Assembly (NCBI RefSeq): GCF_004010195.1
Contig: NC_057718.1
Coordinates: 14,239,742 to 14,303,741 of the forward strand
Length of the DNA: 64,000 nucleotides
Origin: Chiloscyllium plagiosum
Lineage: Eukaryota
Reading direction: 5' to 3'
Shown here: one piece after another, positions 1-12,790 of the stretch
Numbering within the stretch: position 1 is the first letter of the stretch
Layout of the letters: every line of letters starts with the position of its first letter
The notes under the pieces: model-generated
What the model was told of the DNA's origin: nothing
Database searches by the model: none
What the model saw: the letters and a program-made list of their open reading frames with translations, nothing else
Position numbers and translations under genes: made by a program

Positions 1-131
1 GTTTGGAGGAAGTGGGAGGATTGGAAAGAGAAGTTGTTCAGGGTGAGGACCAGTTCAGTCAGTCGAAGGAGGGTGTCAGTGGAAGGGTACTGGTCGGTAC
101 GGCGGGAAATAAAGAAGCGGAGGGCTTTGAG
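1..131 (-). mobile_element. Penelope-like element, reverse transcriptase fragment (cut by window edge)
   Basis: Minus strand reads LKALRFFISRRTDQYPSTDTLLRLTELVLTLNNFSFQSSHFLQT, the L..L..N.F.F....Q segment preceding the G.AMG motif of Penelope RTs. Confidence 0.75.
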
Positions 132-329
132 TAACTGCTGCCCATAGAGGCTGTTAAAGTAGGTAGTTAATGCTTGCCCAAGACCCATCTCCTTCTGCAG
201 TGGATATGGACTCAGCAGGGGGCTGGGCTGTCACCTAGAGACCATGACTGGCGAATCTGTGTGGGGCTGCTTGTGGATTTGTGGGCTTGCTGAGGAGGGA
301 TGTTGGTTTCCATATTAAAAGGCATTCTG

Positions 330-1245
330 ACTGAGGTTCACGAGGTTGATTCTGGAGTTGCGGGGGTTGGCTTATGAGGAGACACTGAGTAGATAGGGAT
401 TATATTCGTTGGAATTTAGAAGAACTGGGGGGGGGGCTATCTGACAGAAACATATAAAATTATGAGGGGAATAGATAAGATAGACATAGAAAGGATGTTT
501 AGACTGGCAGCTGAAACTAGGACATAACCTCAAAATTAGGGGGAGCAGATTTAGGACTGAATTGAGAAGGAACCTCTTCACCCATAGGGTTGTGAATCCA
601 TGGAATTCCCTGCCCAGTGAAGGAATTCCCTGCCTTTATTGGTCGGGGAATTGAGTACAAGAGTCAGGATGTCATATTACAGCTTTATAAGACTTTGGTT
701 AGGTCACACTTAAGAGTATTGCATTTAATTCTGGTTGCCACATTACAGGAAGGATGTAGAGGCTTTGAAGAAAGTGCAGAAGATGTTTAACAGGATGCTG
801 CCTGGATTAGAGGGTATGACTGTAACGAGAGACTAGAAAAACTCGGGTTGTTTTCTCTGGAGCTGTGGAAATTTGGCAGATGTTATAAAAATTATGAGAT
901 GCCTAAATAGGGTTAATGGTCAGAATCTTTTTCCCAGAGTTGAAATATGTAATACTAGGGGGTATGCATTTAAGGTGAGCGGGCAAAATTCAAAGGAGAT
1001 GTGAGGGGCAAGTTTATAACCCAGAGAATGGTAGGAGTGAGTATGGAATGCAGTGCCAGGGGTGGTGGTGGAGGCAGACACAATAGGGGCATTTAAGAGA
1101 TGTTTAGACAAGTGCATGAATATGCAATGAATGGGGGGATATGGACCAAGGCCAGGCAGAAGGATTAGTTTAATTTGGCATCATGTTCAGCACAACATTG
1201 TGGGCTGAAGGGTCTGTTCCTGTGCTATACTGTTCATTGTTTTAT
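330..1245 (+). mobile_element. Two adjacent degenerate CR1 LINE 3' fragments
   Basis: CR1 ORF2 C-terminal motifs (YEETLSR*GLYSLEFRR; LYKTLVR...FWLPHYRKDVEALKKVQ) and a CR1 3' UTR. The junction near 600-635 has a 13-bp repeat ggaattccctgcc. Confidence 0.85.
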
Positions 1246-1477
1246 GAGGCACCAAGAAGAAGGGCCCATTGAGACCCCTCCCACCCTCCTTACCCCTTCC
1301 CCCCCCCCATCCCTCACCTCTATCCTGGAAATCTTTGGTCTCAAAGGGGTGTAATACCAGTAACTGCCACCGCATTCCCAGTGGTGCCATCACTCAGGAG
1401 CATTCTTAAACCAATGTTGTCTATGAAACCTGTGCTCCAATTGACTTCATCTTAGTCCCTTTGGCTTTTTATACAGT

Positions 1478-2940
1478 TAGAGTCATACAGTATGGAAATA
1501 AACCCTTTGATCCAACCAGTCCATGCTGAGTATAATCCTAAACTAAACTAGTCCTGCCTGCCTGCTCCTGGCCCATATACATCCAAACCCTTCCTATTCA
1601 CCTGTCTATCTAAATGTATTTTAAATGTTGCAATTGTACCCACATCTACCACTTCCTCAGGAAGTTCATTCCACATGCGAACCACCCTCTATGTAAAAAA
1701 ATTGCCTCTCGTGTCTTTTTTAAATCTCTCTCCTCTTACCCAGTCTTAAAATCCCCCATCCTAAGAAAAAGACAACCCCCGTTAACTCCAAGTATACCTC
1801 TCATTATTTTATAACTTCCTATCAGTTCGCCTCTCAACCTCCTACAATGAAAAAAGTCTCACCCTATTCAACATTTCTTTATAACTCAAATCTTCCATTC
1901 CCGGCAACATCCTGGTAAATCTCTTCTGAACCCCCTCCAGCTTACTAATATCCTTCCTATGTCAGACTAACCAGAACTGGACACGGTATTCCAGATGGGG
2001 CTTCATCAATGTCCTGTACAACCTCAACATGACTTCCCAACTCCTATACTCAAAGGACCGAGCAATGAAGGCAAGCATGTAAAATGCATTTTTAACCACC
2101 CAGTCTATATGTGATGCAAACTTCAAAGAATTATGTACCTGCACCTGTAGATTCCTCTGTTCTATAACTCTGTCCAGGGCCCGACTGTTAATTGTTTAAG
2201 CCCTATCTTTGTTTGTTGTGCCAAAATAAAATACCTCGCATTCATCCAGCTTGAACACCGTCTGCCATTTATCAGCCCATTAAACCATTTGATCAAGATC
2301 CCTGTATAATATTCAAAAACCTTCTTCACTGTCTACTATGTCACCAATTTTGGTGTCATCCACAAAATTACTAGCCATGCCTTCTATATGCTTATCTAAA
2401 TCATTTATATAAATGACAAACAAAAGAGGTCCCAGAACCGATCCCTGTGGAACATGATTGGTCACAGGCCTCCAGTCCAAAAAACAACCATCCATCATTA
2501 CTCTCTGTCTCCTGCCATTAAGCCAATTATGTATCCCATTGGCCAGGTCAACCTGAATCCCATGTGATCTAACTTTACTAATTAATCTACCATGTGGAAC
2601 GTTCTCAATGGCTTTACTAAAATCCATATAAACAACGTCTACTGCTTTGCCATCATCAATCTTTTTGTAACTTCCTCAAAAAGCTCAATCAAGTTTGTGA
2701 GACACAATTTTCCTCACACCAAACCATGCTAACTATCCCAAATCAATGTTTACCTCACTAAATGTCCATAAATCCTATACCTGCAACAATTTACCCATAA
2801 GTGAAGTCAGACTCACTGTTTCTTCTTACAAACTTTCTTAAACAAAAGTACAACACTAGCTACCTCCAGTCAACAGGCACTTCACCTGAAGTTATAGATG
2901 ATGCAAATATTTCTGGAAGGTGTCTTACATTTTACTCCTT
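1478..2940 (-). mobile_element. CR1 LINE, 5'-truncated, RT to 3' tail, with stops and frameshifts
   Basis: ORFs 2313-2627 (MDFSKAIENVPHGRL...VPQGSVLGPLLFVIYINDLD...FVDDTK) and 1962-2144 (LYRTLMKPHLEYRVQFW); tail tagagtcata near 1478. Confidence 0.92.
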
Positions 2941-2992
2941 TACTTCCCACAACGTTCTGAAAGGCCTTTAGAAAGTTCATTGTTACAACACC

Positions 2993-3213
2993 TGAGATCA
3001 CTCCACAGAGGCTGGTATCCCATCACCAAGTCACCTTTTATTTACACATGCACAGGATTTGATACTGATCCAGCTCCCTCAGAGCCAGCTCTCAGAGTGA
3101 ACAGAACCTCTGAAACTTCTGTTTATGTCTGTCAGCCGGGGCTCCCTAATTGGACCAGGTTACCAGCCCCATTCTATGAGGTCCAGCTGGCTGACCTTGT
3201 TCTAATCATGACA
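2993..3213 (-). mobile_element. Solo LTR (probably Gypsy-type)
   Basis: TG...CA termini, flanks acacc/aaacc (5-bp TSD with one mismatch), AATAAA on the minus strand near 3058. Confidence 0.6.
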
Positions 3214-4029
3214 AAACCCACGGAATTTCCTTTCTCATCCCACTCCTGTTACTTCCTCGGACAGCTCTACGACACGTGGGAGGCGAAACTTGCTTTTTTA
3301 ACACTCTCCATGCTGCCTTCTTTTAATTAATGTGTATCTTTCGAGCCCAGACGTGAAAAGTTGGAAGGCTGATGCCAAGCGTGTAATGAACTGTGGATTG
3401 ACCACACCCAGAGTGCGGTGACCAATTCTGCTTGCCATATTGTAAAATAGATATGGCAGCTCTGCAGAGGATGGAGGGAAGGTTTGCAAGGGCTGGTGCC
3501 AGAAACACATGTCAGGAAAGCATCGAGGGGCAAGGTCACTTGGACATGGTTCCTTTATTATTTACATGACTGGTTTAACTGCTAAGCATTTTTCCATTTC
3601 CCAATTTTTCCATTTTCCAGTCTCCAGTCACTGCTTGCTGTTAGCTGATATTTGTGCCTCTCACACAGGAAAGCATTTCCGATCCTTGTACCAATCCAGT
3701 CCCTTGCTGGTCCTAACTCTACAGCTAGTCTTGTTTGAAAGTATACATTTATCAAAACAGAATACTGCCCAGGGCAAAAGAGGGAGAAGTCAGACATTAA
3801 ACCATGCTAACCATTAAACAACATGCCAAATGGAAAAGTACTCCTCACATAATTTGGCTCCACTCTCTTCATTAGGTCCAGTCACAGAACAGAAGGGTGC
3901 AAACAGCAGCATGAGCAGAAATATTTATTATGCATTAATGTATCAGCGGCAGGGGAAGTTAACATTATTTAACTATTTCACTAAGTTTCCCCACTGTTTC
4001 CCAACACACTTCAATGAGAAGGTAGGGAC

Positions 4030-4360
4030 ACACTTTCTCCAATGCACACACATACACATGCATGCACGCACACGGACATACACTGTGAATGCCTACTCTC
4101 AAATATACCTGTACACAGATAGATACATACATGCTGAGACACACACACACACATAGACACATGCATATATACAAATCTATATTTGCATAGACACTCTCAT
4201 GCGTAGGTATACACACACATATGCACAAGCATTTATATAAAGTACAGATAGACACACATGCACACACCACACAAATATGCACACTCCTTTTCACATATGC
4301 ATGCACAGATACATGTGTGACAGCAGCATACACACCTGTGTGTCCAAATACATAAATACA
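4030..4360. repeat. CA-rich degenerate microsatellite
   Basis: Interrupted (CA)n/(TA)n runs. Confidence 0.85.
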
Positions 4361-4375
4361 GGTATCCAGCACCTT

Positions 4376-4530
4376 GGAGACAGTAAGGACTGCAGATGCT
4401 GGTGATCAGAGTCAAGAGTGTGGTGCTGGAAAAGAACAGCGCCCTGATGAAGGGCTTATGTCTGAAACGTTGATTCTCCTGCTGCTCGGATGCTACCTGA
4501 CCTGCTGTGTTTTTCCAGCACCACACACTC
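4376..4530 (+). mobile_element. Penelope-like terminal-repeat fold-back element (family A) with hammerhead core
   Basis: Inverted arms at about 4416-4440 and 4504-4530 around CTGATGA-agggc-ttat-gtct-GAAA-cgtt (4444-4471). Same family as the repeat attached to the GIY-YIG remnant at 25281-25630. Confidence 0.7.
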
Positions 4531-4773
4531 AACCCACAATTTTTGCACCCGTTGACCAAACACTTCCCATGATGTTGCAGATTTTTGATGTTTCTTTTCT
4601 ACTTTTTTTTAAGAGTTATACAATTCTATTCTGTTTGTGATTTTCTGAAGTACATCAGACCACTCAGAATGGCAGAAGCAGGTACTTGGGACAGGTCCCT
4701 GGACTGGAAGTGAACCCTACATCTGATACTTTTATTGATTGTTTTGTGCAAATGTCATTGTCATTGTCACCAA

Positions 4774-4868
4774 CGTGCAAACTCCACACAGTCAGTTGCC
4801 TGAGGCGGGAATTGAACCCGGGTCTCTGGCGCTGTGAGGCAGCAGTGCTAACCACTGTGCCACCGTGA
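4774..4868 (-). mobile_element. HE1-type SINE, tRNA-like head only (3'-truncated)
   Basis: Near-identical to 6837-6929, with A box TGGCACAGTGG and B box GGTTCAATTCC on the minus strand. Flanked by a 35-bp direct repeat. Confidence 0.9.
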
Positions 4869-5849
4869 CATTTGTTTTGTGCAAATGTCATTGTCATTGT
4901 CACCAAGCTGCAACTTCCGAAATGTTCTTTCTTTCTCTGAGGGCTCAGTCCTGGACTCATTTAGGTTGCCTGTGTAGTGTGGGGAGAGATGTGAGAACGG
5001 CACTGGTGTGTGAGTCTATTTCCAGGCAGCGCTGACCTGTCCTTGCATACATGTACTTTTTACCAGAGTCAGTAGATGGTGTCAGGGTTAGTAACATTGA
5101 TGGAATGTCTCTCGCTGTTCTCCAAGGAGCTGCATTACCAGCTGACGAAGCACAGTCACCAACTGCACTGGGATTCAGTCAAACCTTGTCAGTCTGGGCC
5201 ATAATGGCCCATCCCATGATATCGATCAAGAGCTCTGTGGGATGATTGCAAGGTAGAGGACTTCATTAGTGGGGAATTGGATGAGGGGAATTATAAAGGA
5301 GGAATATGTGACGTGATTGACCAGTAGAGAAATACTGGTCTCCAGGCATACCTTTACATTCTACTTAATCATCTACTTCACTGAGGGTTCTGTGGAAGTG
5401 GGCTACAGTTTAAAGGCTGATGCATGGTTTTTTTTGGCAATGAAAGGGTTACAAGCACACAGCCCTGCAGTGATGAGGAGCAGAACCTCAGTTGTACTTG
5501 AGAACAGACCCAGCCCGCAGCCATATAACCCAAGGCCACACAGAGTGGTGCCAGTCGATGCCATTCACTGCTATTGGCTGTGCCTTGTGTTCTCAGTGGC
5601 TCCACTAAGACTGTTGATTCAGCAACCTTGCTGCCTGCTGACCCAGCTGTCTTTATTCATTTCCCTTTTAACTCTCGATGTGAGAGAGACTCTATCCAGC
5701 TGGCTTCCAGATGATGTGCTTCCTCCTGCAGTCACATTCTGCTGTTTCACTTCATGCCTCTGCCTCTGCTGTGGCCCTCCCTGAGACCAGGTGGGCAGAT
5801 TAATTCCAGCCAAGCGCACTCACCCATCATTGTTGAATTTGCGAACATG

Positions 5850-6285
5850 CAGATGAGAGTAGCCCACTTGACCCTTCAAGCCTGCTGCACCAGTCTATAA
5901 GGACCAAGGCTGATCTGTTCTTAAACTCAATTCTACGTTCCTACAAATTCCCAATTATCTCTCATTCCCTTGGTAATCAGCAGTCTCTCTGCCTTAAAAG
6001 CATTTTAAATATCCTGTGTCCACTGCTTTTTGAGGAAGGGAATTCCAAAGGCTTCCAACCTTCTGAGTGAAAAAAGAGGTTTCCCCATCTTGTTCTAAAT
6101 GGGCGCCCCTTACTTTTAAACATAATCCCTGGTTCTAGATTCTCCCACAACAGGAAGCACCAGACCCCTCAGCATCTTACATGTTTCAATTAAGTCACCC
6201 CTGACTCTTCTAAACTCCAAAGGATACAGGTCTAGCCTGTCTAACCTTTCCTCATAAGGCAATCCACTCCTTCCAGGTTTAGTCG
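5850..6285 (-). mobile_element. Old CR1 LINE 3' fragment
   Basis: Minus ORF contains GLPYEERLDRLDLYPLEFRRVRGDLIETCKMLRG. Confidence 0.85.
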
Positions 6286-6629
6286 AGTGACTGCTTTGTG
6301 GATAATTTGTTTCTGGGAAGTGACTTGCATCAACTGGGCTGGTTGCCCTGGGAAAGCGGATAGGGAGTAACACCCCACCATGCCATTGGCTAGGAGTTGC
6401 AGAATATTGGTTCAGCATCAACATTAGAAGGAACAATGATGCCCTCTGTAGCCCGCATAGCCATCTTCTTCGCTATTATAATTCAATGCACCCGACCCCC
6501 CCCAGTCTGAATGTCGTGTCACTTGCAGGGCAGCTTTGAAGTGATGATGTCCTGATGACTTTGCTGTATTTGTCCCTCTGCAGAGATGGCTAGAAACATG
6601 GACAAGAGGAGCAGGAATAGGCCGTTCAG

Positions 6630-6940
6630 ATTAGATTACTTAGTGTAGAAACAGGCCCTTCGGCCCAACAAGTCCATACCGCCCCGCTGAAGCGCAACCC
6701 ACCCATACCCCTACATTTATCCCTTACCTAACACTACGGGCAATTTAGCATGGTCAATTCACCTGACCTGCACATCTTTGGACTGTGGGAGGAAACCGGA
6801 GCACCCGGAGGAAACCCACGCAGACACGGGGAGAATGTGCAAACTCCACACAGTCAGTTGCCTGAGGCGGGAATTGAACCCGGGTCTCTGGCGCTGTGAG
6901 GCAGCAGTACTAACCACTGTGCCACCGTGCCGCCCACCGT
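6630..6940 (-). mobile_element. Full-length young HE1-type (V-SINE) tRNA-derived SINE inserted into an old CR1 3' end
   Basis: Pol III A and B boxes, central gtttcctccgggtgctccggtttcctccc domain, CR1-like tail ...aagtaatctaat; 9-bp TSD gccgttcag at 6621-6629 and 6941-6949. Confidence 0.92.
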
Positions 6941-8094
6941 GCCGTTCAGTCCTTGGCACCTGCTCTGGCTGCTCATCCTACATAATACCCTATTCCTGCT
7001 TTCTCCCCATACCCTTAGATCCTTCTATCCCTAAGAACTATATCTGTTCACCTTCTTGAAAATGATCAGTGTTTTGACTTCAGCCGCTTTATGTGGCAGA
7101 GAGTTCCACAGGCTCACCACTCTCTGGGTGAAATCCTCCTCCGTGGCCGACCCCCATAAGGGTTGAAGGAGGTGGTGGTGGGAAAGTGGGGAGGAAGCTA
7201 CTGCAGTGTGCCCTGTGGATGACCTTTCCCACAAACACAGTGCACCATTGTCAGAGTAAGTGAACAGCAGAACTGGGCTCGACCAAGGGAGCAGCTCATT
7301 CACATTTCTCAAGTGAATACTGCTTCAGCTGAATATCAGTTGATGCATCTCGTTCATCCTTCCTTCTAGTATACCTTCTGTGACACTCCTTCCTAATTTT
7401 TGTCACGTTAATTTAACACAGTTAATTTTGGCAAACATCAATAAGAGGTGAGGCACATTTGAAATGAACAGAAATCAAAATAGAGAGAGATTCCGAGCAA
7501 GAATATAATGAAGGACACAGGAAATAAATTTGAGCAGTTAGCAGAGCCGAAACACTAACAATAAGAGGATCAATACAAATATGGATCAGTACATACCTGT
7601 TTCAAATTTACTTATTAACATTGATGAGTTTATGTGTCACTGGACTGACTTCCCATTGAATACCACACTGAGTTTGCCTGTTTTGTACTGTTCAGTACTT
7701 GATGTGCCTCAGTGAGATCCCCACTGCCTGCTTAGGAATGACCAAGCATTTGGAACATTGCGTTAGTCCAGGTAATGAAGACAAAGACACAGTTGGGGAA
7801 TGAGTGCCAGTGTCTGTGAGGTCTCCTCATCGTGTGCAACCTCTCTTTATTTTGAGGACGTGCAGCTGAAGGTGGAGACTTGTCATTAGAGAAGTTGTGT
7901 CCAATATACTATATTGAGTGGGAGACATTGGCACCTCAGGACCTCTTAAAATAAAGTGGAATCTATCTGGTGCCTTTGGAATGCAGTCACTGTTGTAATG
8001 TGGGAAATGTGACAGCCAATTTGCACACAGCAAGCTTCCACAGATAGCTTTCATAAAGACTCGATAATCTACTTTGGTGATGTTGACTTGAAAC

Positions 8095-8800
8095 ATCAGA
8101 AGAGTAGGTCATTTGGCTCATCGACCCAGCTCTACCATCCAATTAGATAATGACTCATCTCCTACTCGATACCCTATATCTGCATCCTCCTGTTCCTTGA
8201 TGTCTTTAGTATTTAGAACTCTAGAAATATTTGGTCTGTATTTCATAGGGATTTGAATATAAAAATACAGAAGTCTCGATAACATTATACAAGGCATGTG
8301 TCAGATCACAACAGTTTTGGGCTCCTTATCTAAGGAAAGATGTATTGATATTGGAGGCAGTCCAGAGAAGGTTCACTGGGCTGATACCATGTTTAGAAGG
8401 ACTATCTTACGAGGAGAAGTTGAGCCTGTACTCGTTGGAGCTTAGAAGAATGAGAGGAGACCTTATTGAAACATAGAGGATCCTTCGAGAGAGAGAGTGA
8501 TATTGTAGATAAGGAGAGGGAAAGTCTCGGAATGGAGGGCGTTTAAGGCAGAGATGAAGGGGAATTTCCTCTCTCATGGGACAGTGAATCTGTAAAATGT
8601 TTTATCAAAGTGGACTATCGAGGCTGGATCATTAAGTATATTCAAGGCTGAGATAGAAAGATTTTTAACCAGTAAGGGAATCAAGGGTTAAGGGGAAAAA
8701 GACAAGGAGATGGAGTTGAAGATGATCAAATCAGCCATGTTCTCAGAGCAGATTTAATGGGACAGAAGGTCTACTTCAGCGCCTGTGTCTTACGATCAAA
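8095..8800. mobile_element. Degenerate CR1 3' fragments (minus about 8095-8220, plus about 8240-8800)
   Basis: Plus piece reads FWAPYLRKDVLILEAVQRRFTGLIP...LELRRMRGDLIET, followed by a CR1 3' UTR. Confidence 0.8.
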
Positions 8801-10588
8801 GTTTATTGGTCACTGTCCTGAACATGCTGAATGCCAGATATTGGGCAGTAAATGATGAATAAGTATGGATGGTGGATATCTTTCCCTGCTGTTTTTAAGA
8901 ATAGTGTCATGGGTTCTTTTACATCCAGTGGAGAGGGTGGGTGGACTTGGTTTAACATCTCAATGAGAGTTTCTTGATGGCATCTTGGGACAGTGCAGCA
9001 CACCCTCAGTAACAGTCCAGGTCAAACTCCTGGAACGGTGCTTGAACCCACAGCCTCTGACTATTAGGAGGAGTGATATCCCTGAACCCCAAGTACCTTT
9101 ACTCATTTAATTAAAAAGATCCCAGTATTGCCACTGATTTTTCTGCCCTCTGTGCTTCCCTTGCAAAGTTCTTTTCTACTGGGGGCTCAAATGTGAACTG
9201 TTCTTGACTTATCTGTTGGCATGTAATATAATCAAAAAATGGCTGCTTGTCAAGAACCATGATTTCTAGTAATGGTCAAGAGGACAAAATGATCAGGGGA
9301 AGTTGATGGTGTTTATACAAAGCAACTTCTGAATTTCAAGCCTGGAAACAAACACTGACTTCCTCTTTGCACGCAAGAAAGATGCAATTGTTGAAAGTCT
9401 TTGTGTTTGTCTCCAGTGTCGGTGGGGATTATAGAAACAGTTTGGCTCCTAACTTTGTTTAATTGGGAATGGTATCAGTCATACACCACTCCATGGGCAT
9501 TATTCCAGAGAAAGTCGTTAAATGTTAGTTAAATAGCACCCTGCATGTCGCAGTAATTATTGCAAACAGTTAAGGATTTTACAATGAAAATATTTCCAGT
9601 CCCCACATTCACATCAGTTATGATGTTATTATAAGTGCCGGGTTGGCCATTTAAGAGCACAGTGATTGTGACCTCCTGAGGGTAACCACTGCCACCCTCT
9701 CTTGAGAGTCAAAGGCCACTTTTTAAAAAATTCCTTTCAATGAAAACTAATTGTATTTTCAAAAAATTTCTTCTACCCTTAGGAGCATGGTAAAAATCGT
9801 CAAGCAAGGATGATCATTCATGGAACCCTCAGGCCATTTGGCCCATCATCCCTGTGCTGGCTGTTTGAAAGGGCGATCAAATTTGTCGTGTTCTCCTGCT
9901 CTTTCCCAACAGTGCCAGAAAATATTTGTGTTTCTGGTATTGATCTAATTTCTAAAAGTTGCTATTGAACTTGTCTCCAGTGTATTCCATCTTAACAATT
10001 ATTCATAATCAAAGTAACTTTACGAAAGGAATTGGATTGCTACTTGAAAAGAAAATAAATGTAAGGACTATGAGGAAAGAGGACAGCGATGGGAGAGCCG
10101 GCACAGGCATGACGGGCTGAATGGTCCCCTCATGAGTTATACGACTTTATGGCTCTAGGTGAAATGAGTACTGTAGATGCTGGAGTCCCAGCCTTATTCC
10201 TAATGAAGGACTTTTGCCCGAAACATCGATTCTCCTGCTTCTTACATGCTGTGCTTCCCCAGCACCACTCTCTTGACTTTATTGTTTTACCTTGTCCTCC
10301 CTAACACAGTCTCAGGTAGACTGAGGCATTCCTTTCTCAACTGAGAACATTTTGGCAAAATAATTTATGTACCAGACAGGGGAAGCTATGAGAGGGAGAG
10401 GGGATAGAAAGGACATGCAGTAGGGACAGATAAAGAAAGCTGGAAGGAGGCTAGTATGCAACATGGATTCGATGGACTGAATGGCCTAAGTGAAAATAAA
10501 AAGCAATAATAAGAAAAAGACTTGTATTTGCTTAGAGCCTTTCACAAGGTTCCAAAGCATTTCACAGCCAACCAAGTATTTTTGAAGG

Positions 10589-11320
10589 CGTTATGATCTT
10601 GGTAGAAACTAGGAATGTTTTTTAAACAAGTGGAACGAATCTGAAATTCCAGTTAGTTACTAAAAGAGCGAAGCCACAAGATTCTGCAGTTTAAAACAGA
10701 AGAATGTTTACTATGTACACGTCCAACAAAGAAAACGCTAAATGCTATCTTAATTAATCACTTATACTTTAAAACCAAGAATCAACGTAAGTTGAACATG
10801 CATCAACAGGCAAATTGTGTCAAATATAAACTACAAATTAAATGCTAGATACACCTAAGACATAGCTCAAGTTTGGCTTAACAGCTTACAAAGTAAATAA
10901 GTCATCAAACTGAAGCACAAAGTCTTTCAAAACTTCGTTTTCTTTACAAACAATTTAAGCAGCACTTCTAGAGGTTAGTCTGATTTTCACCTCACAACAG
11001 CACACAGGTACAGGCTTTACCAAAAATGGCACAAATTTGCAGAATCTCCTCAAATCAGATACGCCAATCTTTCAGAAACAAAAAACAATTGCAGAAACGT
11101 CTGCTCACCTTCAGTCACTGTCTCCTTGCGCCTGCATTAACTGCAGCACTGGTTCATCAATTCCCACTGAGATTTGATGGCTATCTAATATATAGATTCA
11201 AGCAGAAGTTATGTCTTTTAATTCTGAATTTTAATCTTAGATTCCCCAACAACCTGGAGGGGGTCAGTTTCCGCTTTCATTTAGGGTCTGTCTCAATATA
11301 GACAAACGTTGTCCATTACA
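10589..11320. mobile_element. Probable solo LTR interrupting a Deu-type SINE
   Basis: Termini (c/t)gttatga...ccattaca. The flanks (10520-10588 and 11325-11440) rejoin into one minus-strand Deu-SINE 3' region. Confidence 0.45.
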
Positions 11321-11451
11321 AAAGCACTGTTACATTATAGGATATGCAGCAGCAACTTCCCACAAAGAGAACTTTGCTAATGACCAGATGATCTGTTTTG
11401 CTGATACTGATTGAGTGACTTGTCAGACTTCAGGGATAATCCACTTGTTAA

Positions 11452-11753
11452 GATTAGATTACTTACAGTGTGGAAACAGGCCCTTCGGCCCAACAAGTCC
11501 ACACCGACCCGCAACCCACCCATACCCCTACATTTTCCCCTTCACCTAACACTACGGGCAATTTAGCATGGCCAATTCACCTAACCTGCACATCTTTGGA
11601 CTGTGGGACGAAACTGGAGCACCCAGAGGAAACCCACGCAGACACGGGGAGAATGTGCAAACTCCACACAGTCAGTCGCCTGAGGTGGGAATTGAACCCG
11701 GGTCTCTGGCACTGTGAGGCAGCAATGCTAACCACTGTGCCACCATGCCACCC
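11452..11753 (-). mobile_element. Full-length HE1-type SINE
   Basis: High identity to 6630-6940; tail attagattacttacagtg; possible TSD cacttgttaa/cacgtgttaa. Confidence 0.92.
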
Positions 11754-12059
11754 ACTACACGTGTTAAACTACAAAGGAACACTCTGGTGTCTAGCTGAGA
11801 GTGCGGTGAGCAGGGCCTGCTGCCCTTCTGAAGCAGAGTGAGCTGTCTGTTGTGAAGATAGCTCTCCCACCTGAATTGTCCTAGAGTCCAAGAGCCAGAG
11901 TCAGAGAGGCACTCTTCTGGACAACGTGACCAGTAACTCCAAGAAAAAGATTATGTGTACTTCCTTAAAATTTCTTTTGACCATTTAAATTTTTTTTATT
12001 GGTTATAAAAACTTATAGAGGTTGGGGAACATTTTGCTGTTTCACCAGATGGGAATGTG

Positions 12060-12430
12060 GCCGCTCCAAGTTCCAATCCAGGACTTGACTCACACGCTGA
12101 TGCTGTAGTGCTGAGGGAGTGCTGCACAGTTGAACGTTCTGTCTTTTAGGTGAGATGTTGAACCAAGGCATTGTAAATCCCTATCAGTTTTAAATAAAAA
12201 GACCCTGTGGTACTATTTCAGGTGTTGTCTAGGTGTCCTGACCAATACTTACCCCTCAATCAACATCATACTCAAAAAATATCTAGTCATTAACACATTG
12301 CTGTTGTGAGATCTTGCTGTGTGCAAATTGGTAGCCATATTTCCCGCATTTCAACAGAGTCTTCACATCAAAAGTACTTAGTTAGCTGGAAGTGCTTTGA
12401 GATGGGTGGTGGTTGTGAACGGTGTTTTCA
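12060..12430 (+). mobile_element. Ancient Deu-domain SINE (SacSINE1/AmnSINE1-like). Other copies near 7950-8090(-), 8870-9070(-), 21950-22100(+), 23090-23250(-), 37420-37780(+), 49480-49660(+), 53500-53900(-), 54195-54485(+), 60340-60600(+)
   Basis: Motif chain ctgagggagtgctgcac...gatccc.tggcactattt...gtcctg.ccaatat...cttgctgtg.gcaaattgg recurs across the window. Family name is from recall. Confidence 0.65.
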
Positions 12431-12434
12431 GGGG

Positions 12435-12790
12435 CGATGATGGTATACTGGGAGAATTGTTGCCATGGTAATCTAGAGGCCTGACTATTCCTTGGTTGAC
12501 GTCGGTTCAGATCTCACCATGGAAACTGGTGGAATTTAAATTCAATTAACATATCTGGCAATATAAAGCTTGTATCAGTTTAAAAAAAAATCATTGATTG
12601 TTAAAACCCATCTGGTTCACTATTGTCCTTTGGGGAAGGAAATCTGCCATGCTTACCTATTTTGGCCTACATTTGACTCTAGACCCATAGCGATGGGGTT
12701 GACTCATAACTGCTCATCACTGCAAGGGCAGTTAGGGAAGAGTAACAAATACTGGCCTTGCCAGTGCCACTCGCATTCACAAAAAAAGTG
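12435..12790 (+). mobile_element. Third, older tRNA-derived SINE family. Other copies near 36420-36700(+), 54490-54855(+), 57200-57480(-), 58295-58630(+); tail-only pieces at 13245-13290, 26330-26395, 36995-37060, 63010-63060
   Basis: Shared motifs ggtt..aatc.cacc...ggttcactaatgtcctttagggaaggaaa...tgtgactccagacccacagcaatgtggttga...gggcaataaatgctggcc and an A-rich end. Confidence 0.7.

Noticed and set aside
3965..4372. Cys/Val- or His/Thr-rich ORFs (also 18009-18459, 43102-43428, 61734-62135)
   Set aside because: Translations of CA/GT microsatellite tracts.
6759..7059. Recurrent short ORFs (MDCGRKPEHPEETHADTGRMCKL...) here and at 11470 and 39345
   Set aside because: Antisense translations of the HE1-type SINE.
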